Positions 42,651 through 58,200 are shown, numbered from the stretch's first letter. The stretch is 64,000 nt of DNA from Hamiltosporidium tvaerminnensis FI-OER-3-3 (GCA_022605425.2 JAKIMF020000004.1:1483982-1547981); one strand, 5' to 3'. Numbers and translations: made by a program. Notes: a model not told the origin generated them from the sequence alone.

Positions 42651-44259
42651 CTAAAATTTCTATCAGGTATCAAGAATGCATTTCATAGAATTTGCTATTT
42701 TTATTTTATATGTAAATTGTTACACGAAAACTTTAGTCAGAAAATTATTTAAATTTTCTTTTATAAAATTAACTCTTCAATTTTCAATAGGATTTGACCT
42801 ATATAGCATATACCTCAAAAAAACGATTATAATTTTTTATAATTTATAACATTTGATAAAAATAAGAAAACCCCTCATTCAGCTCATCTTTTGATTTTAG
42901 AACTCAAAAGAAATAATATTCATTTCATAAGATTCAAATGATTTTCATTTAGCTTTATTCGATATAAATTACTTTCCTTAAGTAATCAGCATTAAAAATA
43001 TTATTTATTAAATTTACGAGAAAACTATTTTTTTCTTATGTAAAAATCTCATAATATTTATTTAAAAAATAACAAACTTTTTTGCGGTTCTAATTTTAGG
43101 AAACCTTTAGTTGTTAAATTAAATCTGAACTTAACGAAGAAAAAAACCATATTTCTAAGTTTTTAGAAGAATGAAACTATTATGAACTATTAAAAGACCC
43201 CTAATTGTGTTTTTGACTGAAAGACTTATCCCTTTTGATATCTATAGATAAAATGTAAAATGAATATGAGAAATATGCTTAATTCATATTTTTATAATTC
43301 AGACTGATCATTTTTATACACTTCTATATTAAAATTTGTGCTCAAAAATATTATCTGAAATCACAAACGAGACAGATAAGTAATTTAAAGCTATATAATA
43401 ATCAAACAAATTTTTCTTTATTTAAAAATTTGTATATTCCTTTTTCAAGAAAAATTATTTTCTTTAAAACTTCTTGATTTTCTCTAATGTCAAGTCAATT
43501 ATTGCAAATAAAAAATTTCTGTCATTTAACCATGCTAAGATCTTTTGTATATGAAATTATTTTAAGAATAAAAATCGAAAATATAAATTGCTTTTTGTAA
43601 GGTTTTTTGATATTTAAAGTCGCATTTAGAAAGAATCGTATCTAAGCATAAAAAAAATAGGAAGTAAACCAAAATACCAGAGAAAAGGTATCTTAAATCT
43701 CAGGTGTCTTTAAGATACCATAAAGACCGATTATATATGATTTCTTAAATGTGATCAGATCCTAACAATAAAATTTCTATTTTTGAATTATTATTATTTA
43801 ATAAAAATCTCCAAAAGAATTATAAGTATTTAAACCTGAATTATATAGGTTTTGTTGTTTATGTACAGTTCCCGTATAAGTAAAAGATTGTTCAACATGT
43901 AAAGTTATTATTTGTCACAATTTTTTTAAATATATCGATAAATTCGATTATATTTCTATTAATAATTCGTAAAAATTGTTTTTACTCTTTCAATTGTTGA
44001 AATTTTAAGCTTTTGTTAAATAGATCAAAGTTCACAAAATTGTTTTGTTTGTTATATATGGAAAGGTAGTATAACAAAACGATATTCTAATAAAAGTAAT
44101 GATTCGTGTTGAAATTTTACGAAAATATTCCTTAGTAATTAAAATATTTATTTTCTTTCGTATTGACATTCTATATACATTAAATATATTTCAAAAATTT
44201 TCTTTATTTTTATTTTACAAAGTATATCCCTACCAATATATTATGAAAATATTCTACTC

Positions 44260-45180
44260 CATAGAGAAATGAATTTAAATGGTAAAAGAAGAAGTATGAA
44301 CAGAAAAAAAGAAATATTCTAAAGTAGAAGAAAACACCAATAGAAATAAAAACTATATTATTGCTGTTTCTTATCCAACCAGAGTATTTTCTTATCTGGT
44401 AAGTGTAAAGTTGAGTGTTTCCTCTGTATGCAATGCTACATATGATATTAGAAAAATAAATTTAGGGTTTTTTTCATAGATCACGATACTCCTTAATAAC
44501 TCTAGCTGTGTAAGGAGTTCAAAAGGTTCAAAAATTTTTTTCTATAAGAAGATTTCAGAAATAAGGTTATAACATTAAAAGATGCTAAGGGCTTTTGTAC
44601 AGAAACAGAGCAGAGCAGATATAAATGGAGAATATTAGTAGGTTTCGCAGAAGAGGTTATTGATTCTTTCTATTCAGAGATGTGTTAAGATTACTATATG
44701 TTGATGTATATTTATTACGAGTGTCTAGAGTCAATTTTATCTTGCTAAAAAGAATTACTATTTTCGGTTTCCAGGTTCATTTAGAAATATGAGCAGATTA
44801 TATTACCTGTTTAATGTGTGAAGTGTTTTTAGAATAAAGTTATATTGAGAATAGCTTTTTAAAATGTTCATATTAAGATATAAATTTTTCTATTTTTATA
44901 CAAGGAACAAATAGATGGTATGAATTATGAAATATTTACTTTTTTAAAAACTGGAAAAGAAAAAAATTTATGGAAAAAACAAAACTGGTTTGAGAATAGG
45001 GCTTTGCATGATAGAATATATAGTTCTAGGAATACATTGCAGAATCATTAGAATTTTGTATATGCTTCACAATAAATCGTAGTGAGTATTAGATAATCCT
45101 TAGATCTGATCAAGAAGGCTTTGAGTGCGAAATATAATAAATGTATAAAAATATTTTTGTGTTTTTCCGCCAATTCGATT
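44260..45180 (+). pseudogene. Decayed gene, possibly related to 35230-36200
   Basis: Purine-rich, codon-like fragments. NWFENRALHDRIYSS resembles NWNRRCFDDIFKIS at ~35975. Confidence 0.3.
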
Positions 45181-46674
45181 TGAATAACCTACATACATCT
45201 CACTTTTTCTATTTTTTTTTCCTAATTATATTTTACTCACCCTTTCAGATTTGATTAAATTTTATATTTTGTATTTTTGTGTAGTTTGTGATTTTGCTTT
45301 AAAATTCATTGCTTGTTAATTTAAGGGTATATTTGATTGCATCCCTGTTCCTGGTTTGTAATTATTTTGCACAGGCGCTTATGTTTCCTCTATATTTTTA
45401 CTTTATAAATTAATTCGCTAATATTCTTTTTGCGGACAAAAAATTAATTCAGTTACAAATCCAGATTTTGCGTTACTCAAAAAAATAACTAGTCTATTAA
45501 ATTACATTGGTTGTGCATGGGTATCTACTGATACTGATCCTTAAGCTTGCGATAGAAGCTTACTTTCTATTTATAAACAAGTTCTAATTAGAAATTAATA
45601 ATTTATTTCGCTCAATGCAGAAACAAAGAGAAATAATAGCAAAAGCCAACATCAATTACTTAATTGAATTTATAGAAAATTATTAATATAAATATTTTTA
45701 AACAATATATTATGAGACGAGTAAATCTATAAAGAGTATCGCATGGAGAGAATAGCTTTAATTAAATTTAGTAATTTTATAAAAGCATAGAATGAAACTA
45801 TACATATAAAGCTAGAAAAACATGCAAAAAACTTTAAATGTAGTTAGAAACTGAAATATTCTTTTACCAATAATACCAAAATGGTCTAATTTACAACAAA
45901 ATCGATTTTATCAGGATGTGTAATTCTTCTATAAAATTTGATGATGAAAATTCACATTTATAGCTACAAGTTAGTAATAAACACAACGAAACTGTTACAT
46001 GCAACAATTAATAGCTTAGAAAAAAACAAATTAAAATTTCAGGTTCTTAGATAAGTCATAGTTTAGGCACTTTTTATTTGCATATTTTTGTTTTGCGTTT
46101 TATCGTGTATAACTTTTCTAAATTTAAAATAATTTATAGAACTACGTAATAAATTAAAAATTGGTAGATATGAGAAATATTTAAAAACTAAAATTTTTTG
46201 GTCAAATTGTCTAATTTAATAGTAAGCAGTAAAGCAAAGAATGTTTTACTATTATTGTATGAAATATATGTTTTAAAGCCGATACTATGTTTGATATGAA
46301 ATTTGCGGTGTATAATTCCAAGGCATATAACACTTTTCCCAAAACACAAGTCGAAATTTTACATTAAATTTTTGGTTTGATAAATAAAAAGAAAACTTCC
46401 AGAGTTTTTTCAAAATAGATAAGTTAATACTAAATTTTTGTTTGCAAAATAGTTTTTATAGGTTAATAAAGTATAAATAAAGTTTTCTTGGGATTTAAAA
46501 ATAAAATATTAATACTTTTGCAATTTTTTTAAAATTTTATAATCATACAAGTATTTCAATTTTTTTTACCTGGATTGTAATAGACATAACAAAAGAAATC
46601 TAGATTCTTTTATAAAGATTATTTTCGAACAATTTATTTCTATGTAAATAGGAAAAGCATATATATTTAAAACG

Positions 46675-49115
46675 AAAACAACTCAATCATAGACTCAATA
46701 TCTCATTCATATATCATAAAGAGTAGATAGGTTCTTTACAAGTTTACAAGAAATAGATAAGATAATGTACAAGAGATAACGTGTTGCGATACAAAGTAAA
46801 TAAAAGTTATTTTTTTAAAAAGTTTAGGTTAGAACCCACAACTCATTATTATATCCTTTTTTATTTATGATATATATCTTAGCCTCGGGTTTTTCAAATA
46901 GGCAACTGCGTCCCATAATTAAGCTCTTTGCCTTAGATTTTGTGTAATTTTATTTAATGTTATTGATATGACTATCTACCAATATATTATAATTGCAATG
47001 AACCCGCTGTTTAGTTAAATCCGACTTTAACCAAGACCGGATGAGTTTTTTGGCACTACTTTTGAATCATAATAGGAATACATATAAATAACCTTACATA
47101 TTCCCGTTCTATAATCCAAATCAGTTTAGATTGTGTAAGAATAATAATTCATTGCAAATGTATTGGTAAAAATAGTAGTTGATTGTGGTACAAGTTTCTT
47201 TTGCTTCTACACTGGGTTTAATGTTTATATATATGAAGACGTGTCAGAAGTTTTATAAGAAGATAGTCCTAAGTCACTTTTAAAAGATGCCACAAATTAG
47301 AAACTTCCTAAATTTTACTTTGTTCTTACTTTTAATATTCAATTATCTTTTTTTTATATTTTAAGTAGACAAATCGTAATTTTGATAGTATAATCTCTAA
47401 ACCAACAAACACAATCATAGAAATTTTATTTGTTGAATTACAATAAACGACCGATTTCATAGAAATAATATGTTTTTTAATCTTCTCATTACATATCATC
47501 CCATAAATATATTCAGATATCAAAATTGTATAAATCTTGTAAGTCACAGTGTAAAGTTATTACTTCGTTTTTGAAGATTTTTTCATCGCTGTAAAGCTCT
47601 TTAAAAAATATATATATTAAAATATGTGGTATAAAATTAAGTTTATACGGAACTATGTATTGATGATTCCTTCTATCTTTATAAAATTAAAATATTGTCT
47701 AAATTATTTTTTAGTTGAATTGTTTTTTTATGCGAATCCGGTTTGTTACAGTGAAAGTTAGGGATCAAAAAAACCAAAAAACAGATATCAAAACCATTTA
47801 AGTAATAGTTGTAGAAATTGTATTTAAATTAGGTAGATAATTCAAAAGCATTCAAATGTACGAATAATTAATGTAAAATCATTCAGACAAATGAAGTTTT
47901 AAAATAAAAGTAATATAAATAAAATAAAGTTATTAGTTCAAGACATTTTAGTATACTATCCTATTTATTTAAAGTTAATTCTTTAGCACTTTGCAGTAAG
48001 ATAGTATTAATTCTAATAAAAAAAGTTTACAAATTATAAAAAAATTTAATACATTTATGAATATAACAATTTAAGTTGGTTCACTCTGGCTATATATTAT
48101 AAAACAAAATATTTATTTATGATATATTGAGATGAATGAAATATTAAGATATACTGCCTATAAATTGTATTACACATAATAAATTAATTTCTTTATAAAT
48201 CTACAAAAATTTAATCCATTTCACAAAAGAAATAGTATTAATTTTCTCATTAATTCGATTAAAAGTTTTATACATGATATTAAAATATCTTTCACATATA
48301 CATCTCTCTTTCAAATAGATTTATATTTTTTTTAAGTAACATAAACAATACATTTATAATAGATACCTGGCATTTCAATCAATTTTATAAAAGGTAAATA
48401 ATATGAGGTTATATAGAAATCGAAAGTTATCTATAAATCCCATATATGATTAATGTTTCTAACAATATACTGAGAGCTTTTCCAAACGATTTCATAAAAT
48501 TTAAAATGGCCATATTAAAGTTAAACACAGCGTATTATGACCAAGTAAAAAAATCTTATTTTTAGATATTGATTTAAGGTTTTAAAAGTCCAAATATTCT
48601 AAATAACGAGTAAAAAACATCCAATACCGTACACTTAAAAACTTCCAATTATGGTAAATTTTATAATCTTATTAGACTTAAACCCTTAATATCATATAAG
48701 AAGAGATAACACCTAAGTATATATTCAAATGTAACATATTGATGTGATTAAACGAATTTTTAGATAAATGAATATAAATTGACATAAAATTAACAAAAAT
48801 TCCATAAAAATATAATAACATAATACTTTTTTAAGGAAAAAATAGTACTTTATTTAAAAACTTCACCATTATAAGAGCTAGAACAGTTTTATTTGTAGAA
48901 AAACTGCTTACATAAGTGACCATTTAACTTAGAAAAAAATAACAAAAGAATGATCAAAAAAATGTAACCACATTTAAAAAGTAGATTAAGGTTAAGCAAA
49001 ATGAATTTAAGTAAAACAAGTATATACAACAAGAAATTTTAAATGTAGTAAAAGCAGAAAAATAATTACATAAACATAAAGTATTCCAGTTAAAAAAACT
49101 TAAAAATGAAACGAG
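46675..49115 (-). pseudogene. LRR-like protein pseudogene, copy B (direct duplicate of 24750-27180)
   Basis: Long near-identical blocks with copy A, e.g. caattatggtaaattttataa and taatagttgtagaaattgtatttaaa, at an offset of ~21.9 kb. Fragments L*NLP*LEVFKCTVLDVF and YLEYLDF*NLKSISKNKIFLLGHNTLCL. Confidence 0.65.
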
Positions 49116-49199
49116 TCTAAATAAAATTTAAAAAATAAACAAGTATAAAAATTTAAAGCAAAAATGGCTGATTTAATTAAAGAAACCATATTTGATAAT

Positions 49200-52100
49200 T
49201 ATAAAGATTTCTGGTCCTTTTTCCGGATTTTTCATGTATATAATTTTATTTGTTTTTAGGTTTTTTTTTTAAATTTTAGAATCTTCAAAACGACTATAAG
49301 TACCTATATCGACTAAATTCGATAATTTTGGAGTACAGAAATTTACAAAAAGCACCTAGAAATTTTATTATGCATACAATATCTAATTATTAAACAATTA
49401 TTCATTATATTCAAAGTAATTTTCGGTATTAAAACATATATCTTGTAAAATATTTTCAAAAATTTTGGAATAGCCTACACACTATATACGAAATAGGTTG
49501 ATCGAAATGAAAAAAAAAATATTTATTAAATAATGTTCTTAAAAACGGGAAAATTTTATTAACAACCCCAATATTGTTTCTTTATTAGATAATTTCTTGT
49601 ATTTTTGCTGTTTTTTGACTATTTAAAAATTTTATTTTGTCATCGATATTTTTCGATAATTCTCGATTTGTTTCATATACTGTATAAAAATATATCACTA
49701 AAAAAATCAAAAAAAATTGTAATGAAGATTGCATATACAATACCAAATTTTATACATAATAAACAGTCATATTTTTAATAGCATATTGGTAAAATTTGTA
49801 TCAATTTCTGAGCATGAAATAGTATTTCTTTTTTACACGTATTTTAAAAATTTTAAAATCTTCAATACTAATACATGTAACTCTACTAAACAAACTAAAA
49901 AAAAACAAGCAATAAAAAAAGTTAAGAAAAAAGACTAAATTTATTCTTAACTATAAATAAAATTTTTATCTAAACATCTGATTATCTATACCAATTTTTA
50001 TTCAACGAAACATCTATTTTTTTAATTATATTTTTTTCCATTTTTCATATCATTCTAACGACTATACATAAAACAAATCGAAAAAATCAATTCATTCGAA
50101 TTTAATAGAAAGATATACTATAAATTTAAATTAAAGAAAAATATTCTGTTACACTATACATAATTTGATAGTTGCGATATTTTCGTAATATAATTCTTAA
50201 ATTTTTTTAACGAAGATTTTCACCTTTTTTTAAATTACTTCATACAAAATATAATATGTAGTTTGACAAATTCGAAAAAATTAATTTAGAAATTTACTTT
50301 CAGAACATCAGAGCTTATTCAGAAGCAACCTTTTAGAGTACTGTAAGACTCCTCTATAAATTAATTAAAATTTGTGCATTGAATATGTATTTTTTCGTTG
50401 ATGTTTTTTCAATTTTCAAACGCGACATATTTATAGGTATATATGCCTAAAAAATTCAAAAAAATTGAAAATTGAAACAAACACACAAAATGACTTAATA
50501 TTATCATAAAGCATAATCTAAGTATATAGACGTATTTTTTAAAATATTTAGAGCGTTATAATTATTTTATGGTTTATTTGGGCAACTTGAATTTTTCATA
50601 ATTGTTAAATTTCTTCATACACATATAAAAGATATACTAAGCAAGATTGCAAAAATAAGTAATAAAAATTTATAAGAAAAACTGCTATATTTTATAGTAA
50701 ACATAAAAATAAAATTATTAAAATCACACTTGATGTATTTTTATAGATTCCTATGCATTGAAGTGTTTATTTTTTAAGAACAGCTTTTTATATTTTTAAA
50801 ATCGTATATACGACTGTACAAAGACTGATTAAGTAAATCAAAAAAATTGATAAAAATTGACCAAATTTTTTATTATCTCATTCGGAACTTTATAAATCTA
50901 TATGGAATGTTTTTACATTCTTTGGAAATAAATCATATATTTTTTTGGTTTATTTTTAGAATCTTGCGATGGTTATACAAGTATATTTAAACTAATCTAA
51001 CAACATTAAAAAATATAGGTAAATAAAATACAAATTTAAGAATAAATATATTAGGTTAAGAATCTACCTGGTAGTATTTCGAATATTTCTTATTTAAATA
51101 AACATAATTTTTTTTATATTTTGAATTTGTGATAACTTTCGAATAATTGAATATAGTATATATAAATATAATAAATGACTTTGAAAAATTCAGTAAAAAA
51201 AAATTGCTTAGAATCTCAGAAAATTTAACATAAACATAACATTAATGATATCCTAAGAACATTTATTATATGTGTTCTTTGAGATATTAACTAATGTTTT
51301 TTTTTCTGAATTTTCTTTTCTAATTTAAAATCGTTTCCTACAGTATATAGAAAATATTATCGAAAAAAAATATGAAAATTTGGAAAATGGAATTACTCAG
51401 AAACATTCTTAAACCTTCAAAAAATATAATTATATTAGATTATTAAAAGAAGTTCTGTATAATTTTCAGAGAATTTTAATCATTCAAGATTTTCTTTTTT
51501 TTCCTGATATTTTCATCATCTCGAATCGTCAATACGACTATATACAAATTATATTGAAAAAAATTACTAAAAATTAGTTAAAAAAACTTACATTAAAAAC
51601 AAATAATTTCATATTAAACGATCTTTTTAAGTTATTTTGAGAACTATTAAGCCATTTTAGGTGATTATTAACCATTTAATATTATATATTTCATTTATTT
51701 TTTTATTAATTTTCCGAGTGTTTAATACTGCTATAGAAAAATATTTGAACCACTTATAAAAAAAATTAGGTAATAAAAATCCGCATAATCATGAATAAAT
51801 TCCATTTTAAACAATCTTATTTCATTATTAATAACAGATTCGAAGTATTTTAATAAATTCTTAAGTAATTAATCGAATGTATTTTTTAAAATTTTTTTAT
51901 TGCTTCATAACTGTATACTGCAAATATATCGAATAAAATCGTAAAAAATTAGGTAATAAAACCTTGATAAAACATAGCTAGATTTAATTATAAAAAAGGC
52001 ATGAAATATTGTTAAAAACCCATCTGATGTATTTACAACAATTTTAAAGTATTAGATCTTATATCTTTCGAGTCCAAGTTCTTTAAGATTTCTAAAGCGT

Positions 52101-53560
52101 TTCATATGCTATATATAAAATATAGTAAACAAAATTCAAAAAATTAGGTAGGAAAAAATGACATCGAAGATAATCAAAATTTTATTTAAAACTACAAAAT
52201 TAAATTATTTACCTAATATCCGAAGTGCTTTATGCAATTTTTATTCAATAAAACATATATTTTTCTAAATTTATTTTTTTCAAAATTTTTGTATTGTCAA
52301 TTCGACTCAAGGCGGACACTAGCTTTGAATAAAATCGAAAAAAAATGTACATAAATAACACCGAACATTAAGAAATTTATTTAAGTAAATTAATTTTCAC
52401 ATTTAGATAATTTAAAGCGTTTAGATATGGGATTTTCAATTATTAAATTGTATATTTTTGAACCAATTTGTTTCCGATTTCCAGTCGTTTCATACACTAT
52501 GAACAAAAGATTTCAAAAAAATACAGTGAAAAAATTAAATGACAAAATTTATAAAAATGACCAAATTAAATAGTAAACATCATTATTTAATTATTATAAG
52601 ACCATTCACTCAATTTACAATAATTTCTAAATATGTAATCTTATATTTTTATAGCTCGATTTTTTAATAATTTTATAACTTCTATTCGACTATACATAGA
52701 TGATCGACCAAATCTAAAAAAGTTAAATAGAAAAAAATTTCTTAAAATATAAAGATATACTATATAAAAAAATATTATATTTATTTTCACATATCTATTC
52801 TATTATAATGTATTTACAACCTTAAGATCTAACTATGTTTGAATTATTTTTTACATTTTTCCAAATTGTTTCATACACTATATACATAATATATAAAACA
52901 AAATTTAAAAAAATAGGTTAAAAAAAATCCAAAACATATTAAACTTTTAATATAGACTATAAAAAGAAATTATATTCTCCGTCCAAGAGATTTTTATTGA
53001 TTTTTATCTACTAAAACTTATATATTTTAAAATCGTTATAAAATAATTTTAGAATGTCTATACCTATATACCAAACTATATAAAAAAACCGAAAACATAA
53101 AATAAAAAAAATATGCCGGAAACATGGCTAAATGGAATATTAAACATCACCAATTATATTATTATAAACATTTATGTACTATTCTCGTGATTTTTTAAAT
53201 ATTAAATTCTATTTCTTATAAGCTTAACTTTTTCTTAGTTTTAAAGCCTTCAATACAAATATACATAAACAAATCGAAAAAAATAGGTAACAAAAATTAG
53301 CACAAAACGGCGATAAATTTTAATATTTACAAAATCGAACAAACTAATACAAGATCTTTTATATCCATTCTATATATTTCAAATAATAATTCATATATTT
53401 TTTCGAATTCGATTTTCAAAATTTTAAATTTCTAAATACACTATATAAAAATATTATTGTATGAAAGAAAAAAAAATTAGCTAAAAAATTTACATAAAAT
53501 ATAAATGATTTTAATTCCTAACTTTGGAATAAGATAATATAAAGAACATTTAGAATGCTT
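49200..53560 (+). repeat. Diverged ~190-bp satellite array 1 (~23 monomers)
   Basis: Core TCGTTTCATACACTATA or TCGTCAATACGACTATA, followed by GAAAATATATTGAACAAAATCGAAAAAATTAGGTAATAAAA, recurs near 49288, 49478, 49674, 49864, 50057, 50241, 50426, 50616, 50808, 50975, 51151, 51338, 51531, 51724, 51906, 52103, 52299, 52491, 52684, 52872, 53059, 53252 and 53436. Mean period ~189 bp. Confidence 0.85.
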
Positions 53561-53949
53561 TTATGCACTTCTAATATTACTTGATTATTTTATTGACTCT
53601 TCTTAATAAACTTTAAAATATTTCTTAAAGAATAAGGAAAAAGAATAAATGATTAGAAAATATACTGCAAAAATATCTAAATTATAACGATTCTAGTTAA
53701 TTAGAAATAATATGAAACAATAAAATATATGAATAGAAAACTATCTATCCAAGGATAAAAGTCTCTTTGTACTGAATTAAAGAGCTATTTAAAATGTAAC
53801 AAAATAAAACAACGCAAATAGAAAAAAACACATAGGAAAAGTCAATATTTAAAACAAAGAATAATAATGTATGAAATGTAGACGAAATTAAAAATAATTA
53901 TATAAAATAAAGCAACGTGAAATGACTTAATTTATTTATTTCAAATATA

Positions 53950-55450
53950 ATCCATGCCAATTAATGTAAATTTTATTGTTTTCTTCATATTACTATCTGT
54001 TTCCTTAAATCGGTATTTCAAATTCTATTTCCCTGCTTATTTAAAATCGAAGTATACTTTCATGTTTGTTGTATTTAAATTAAGGAGGTTAAATATTATT
54101 ACCATTGATTAGTTTAAATTTTCCGGATCATTAAGTATATATGTAATGTGGATATCATTTATTTTGTATTATCTCTTTTAAAAACATCTATAGGTCATTT
54201 AGATTAAAAAAAGTATAAATAATAAAAGTAAAAGAAATAAGCCCCAATGGTTAAACTCAATATTCTTTACAAGACAACAGTTTAGTGTTGCATTTACCTC
54301 GCAGACCCTTAAAATAAAAAATGCTCAAAACGTCTATATATAAATAACGAAGCTCCAATTTACTCGTGAATTTAATACCTATATTCAATATTGATTTCAT
54401 AAAAACCAGGAGTGAATTAACACTTAATATCAATGTATTATACAAAAATCTATATAACCAGAACATAGAATGTAGCACACATTTTCTAAAGTAAAAAAAT
54501 GATAGAAAGCCAATTTTATATATTATTTCTAACACGATAATAAATTACTATGTTGATCTAAAATGAAATATGCTAAAAACATATCAAGAAAATTTATAAT
54601 ATGGTTCTCAGTCATATTTTTAATAATATTTTTCATTTCGACCTGATCAAATAATAGCAGGTTAAAATGTAAAACAAATTCGATCTATTGCGTATAATAA
54701 TTTTCGAATGCTAAATTTAATTTTTTCTAACTATTATACTTGAGATCTTATAAAAATGACGGCGTAAAAGGTTTAGACTGTAAATAAAATTATATAAATT
54801 AATTTAAATATTTTACTTTAGTAGAGACAATAAAATCAAAAATATTTCGAATAATATAATAAGATTAAATTAAAAGCAACCAAAATATGTAACTATAGTA
54901 GATGTTCTCCTTAAATTGATTTAAGAATATTAAACTATTTTGAAAAAGATTTTAAACATATTTTAGTCTTCTGATACAGTATCAGAACAATGATGTTTAT
55001 TTTAAATACAGGAATCCTATTTTGCCATTTAAAAAGAAATATTTTATTTTTTTTCGTATTGTAAGTTTTCGAATTCCACTTTAAATGGAAATCTAAGCAT
55101 AAAACCAAAAATATTTTAGCTTCTGACTTACTATTTCAAGGACCCAATGCGATTCACCTTTTTCTCAATATAACAGTATTTAAAACGAATATTAACACAG
55201 TATTTAATATATAGGCTTAATTCAGCATTGTTTTTAATTCTAAAAAATATTTATTTTATTATAGTTTACAAATAGTATTTTCAGACACAATAAAATCCGA
55301 GTTATTTTGCAATAATTTCCATAAATTTAAATTTCCTGTAAAAATAATTTTATCTCGATTAACATAGTTTTATATTTTTCTGAGATAACTATTAGTCAGC
55401 AAAATTAGGATTTAATTATTTTTAAATTTTTATCAGGGGATTTGGCCATA
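53950..55450 (-). pseudogene. LRR-like gene remnant
   Basis: Includes ORF 54257-54535 (KLELRYLYIDVLSIFYFKGL) and other leucine-rich fragments. Confidence 0.3.
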
Positions 55451-56599
55451 AAAAAAATTACTTTTTTTTAGTAGAATTTAGAGTTATACGCATCTAAAAC
55501 ATAAATTATAGTTTAAATGAATAAATTTACGTTTAAAGCTTATTAGAACAAACATTTACATATAAATATCAAAAAATTGCATCAAGGTTCTGAAAAAAAA
55601 TATTCGTTGTAACATCAGTAAAAATATCCCAAAAAAGAAATTGCTAAACAAAAATAGTAAATTAACTTATTAATCTAGATTGTATGTAAGAATCAAGATT
55701 TTATAGTAGTAAAGAATATAAATTTGAAATAACTTTATTATACTTGAAAACAGGTTTAAAAATCTCATTATATTAAGAATTCATTTAAAAAAGCTTTTTT
55801 ATAGAATATAAGAACTGAATGCACATTTTCTTTAGTAAAAACAAATTCTAAATTAAAAATTTGATATATCAAGATAATAACGTTTCCTTAATGATAATTA
55901 ATTTACTGTAAATAAATTTACGCAACTAATTAAATATTAAGAAACAATCTATTCTTTACTAAAAAAATTAAGTTGAACAAATTTTTCAACAATATATATT
56001 TAGAATATTTTTTTGTGCAAAATAAAAAGATTTATTGCCTCATAATTCTAAGTTTTGAATAAACGGATAAATTATATCTTTAAATTCAAGAATTATTATA
56101 AAGATTTCAGTGATACAATAAATCATTCAGTTATCCAATAATCTATTATTATATGAATTAATTTACAAAAATTAAAAAATCTTACATTTATTTCTTATAT
56201 AGCTCGGATATCGTTCTGAGATACATAAATTTATAATAAAAAGCAGTTCTTACACTTATAAATTGTGGGAAATTCTAGTTTATAAAATTTAACTAAAATG
56301 ATTTGAAATAAAAATTTTGTGGATCAAACTAGATTAGATACAAGAAATATTGTTAATTTAATTATTTTTTTCAGTTACTATTGATTTTTATGGTAGGTTT
56401 ACTAATTTTCATAACTTCTAAAAGCATAGCTTTTTAGTCTACAATTAAAAAAAATAGTTTCAGTTTATTTTTTATATTATTGAATTTTGCTAGTATAACC
56501 AAATTATGAAAAACATATAGTTCATTTCAAATAAATTAAAAATAATGCTTTAAACTATGTTATACAAATTTTAGTATCGTAAAATATTTATTTGATAGT

Positions 56600-58200
56600 T
56601 AACAAATATAAGTTTATCCATTTAAAGAAAAAGGGAAGATATATATTAGATAAATTATTGGGAAGAGAATTAACGAATAATAAAGCTTTAAAAAATTAAA
56701 TCAGTTTCTTAACTAAAGAATTTACTATTCAATATTAAAAAAGCTCGTAAATATAGAGGTATTTATCACGAATCTTATAGAAAAATTTTAAATTATTAAA
56801 TCAACCGAAGAAAAAGATAAATTCTAATAAACTTCTTTTATTTCATAAAATTTTATATTTATATTAGTTTTTTATTTATGATTTGAATTCAAGAATAAAT
56901 ATCACAATTAATTCTATTTTTAAACCAAACAAGGTAATATATAACGATCTATATGAAGAAGAATGTATTATTATAACTTTTTACAGGAATTTCAACCTAG
57001 TAATGGATATATAAATATAAATAGAATGTAAAACATCTAAAAGTATAAAAAAGTATTTTGAAATATATAAAACTACCTTTCTTTCTTGTGAAATGTCAAA
57101 AAAAATATTTAGAAATTATATTTAAGAATAAAAATTGCTCATAAAATATTCAAATAATTCAAATAATTTTAGGATAATTAAGCAGCATTTTCATACTAAA
57201 AGAAAAAAATTATTGAGTGAAAATACTTAAAAGTTTTTTTAAAATATATTAATTTATTAATCAATTTGGTTTTATTTATGCCTCAACCTTGATATTTCTT
57301 ATATATTTTTAAATTCGTTATTTTTTTTTAAATTATTCAACTGACATTTTATTTTTTTAGATTAACAATGAGTTGCTTTTTAATGAATTTAAATATTTGA
57401 TTGTTAATGAAAGCCTTATCACTAATATATACTAAAGAAAATTGAAGAAATAATTTTTTGTATGTCATTCAGCCTTTAACAAATTTCATTTTAAAAATTA
57501 TTATTGATCGTTAGATTGGACTTAATCTCTTTATTTGATTTAGAGATCTGATTTATATAATTTTTTAATATACACTATCCTGAATAATCTCTCAATTTGT
57601 TAAAATGCTTAATATTTAGACAAATCTTACTTATATGAACTTAAACAATTATTACAACTTATTAAATAAAGAATAACGTCATATTACAATAAAAAAGCTT
57701 TTAATTTATTTTTTTCTGTTTTACAAAAAAAAAATCAAATTTAAGAACTTGAAATATAAAATATTCACTTTTCTTTTTATATATTGTTGACTGAGATTAA
57801 CAACTCTTTAAATGATTGTTTATAATAAATTCTTAGCTTTAAAAACCGAATAAAATTAAAATTACATATAAGTGATTTAAAATAAAATGAAAATGTAATA
57901 GAAAAAATAAAATAAAGAATTAGATATAATTAACGTAATTGAATTTATTTAAATAATTATAATGTGCAAAACAGCAGTACTGAGAATTCCACTTCTCTTA
58001 CAAACTATTTATTATTTTTAGAAAAATAGTTTTCCTAAAATCAATAAATATTAGCAAATCTATAAATAATATGCTAGAATTTATTATTTTAAAATGAAGA
58101 TATATGTAATTACTATTCAATAAAGCATATATATGAACAATGCTACCATATATATTTTAAATATCAAAAATGAATTGTATTTAAAATTAATTGTAACAAA
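56600..58200 (+). pseudogene. Decayed gene, unknown product
   Basis: Fragments such as NSRINITINSIFKPNKVIYNDLYEEECIIITFYRNF and RIYYSILKKLVNIEVFITNLIEKF. Confidence 0.25.

Noticed and set aside
917-49938. Most 60-90 aa ORFs in the supplied track
   Set aside because: F/I/L/K/N/Y-rich chance ORFs, many with TTG starts, antisense shadows of real genes (3095-3313, 22693-22902), or fragments of the pseudogenes listed.
51525-51542. CENP-B box resemblance of the B-type core
   Set aside because: TCG-to-CG spacing is 6 rather than 7 nt and the terminal GG is missing.
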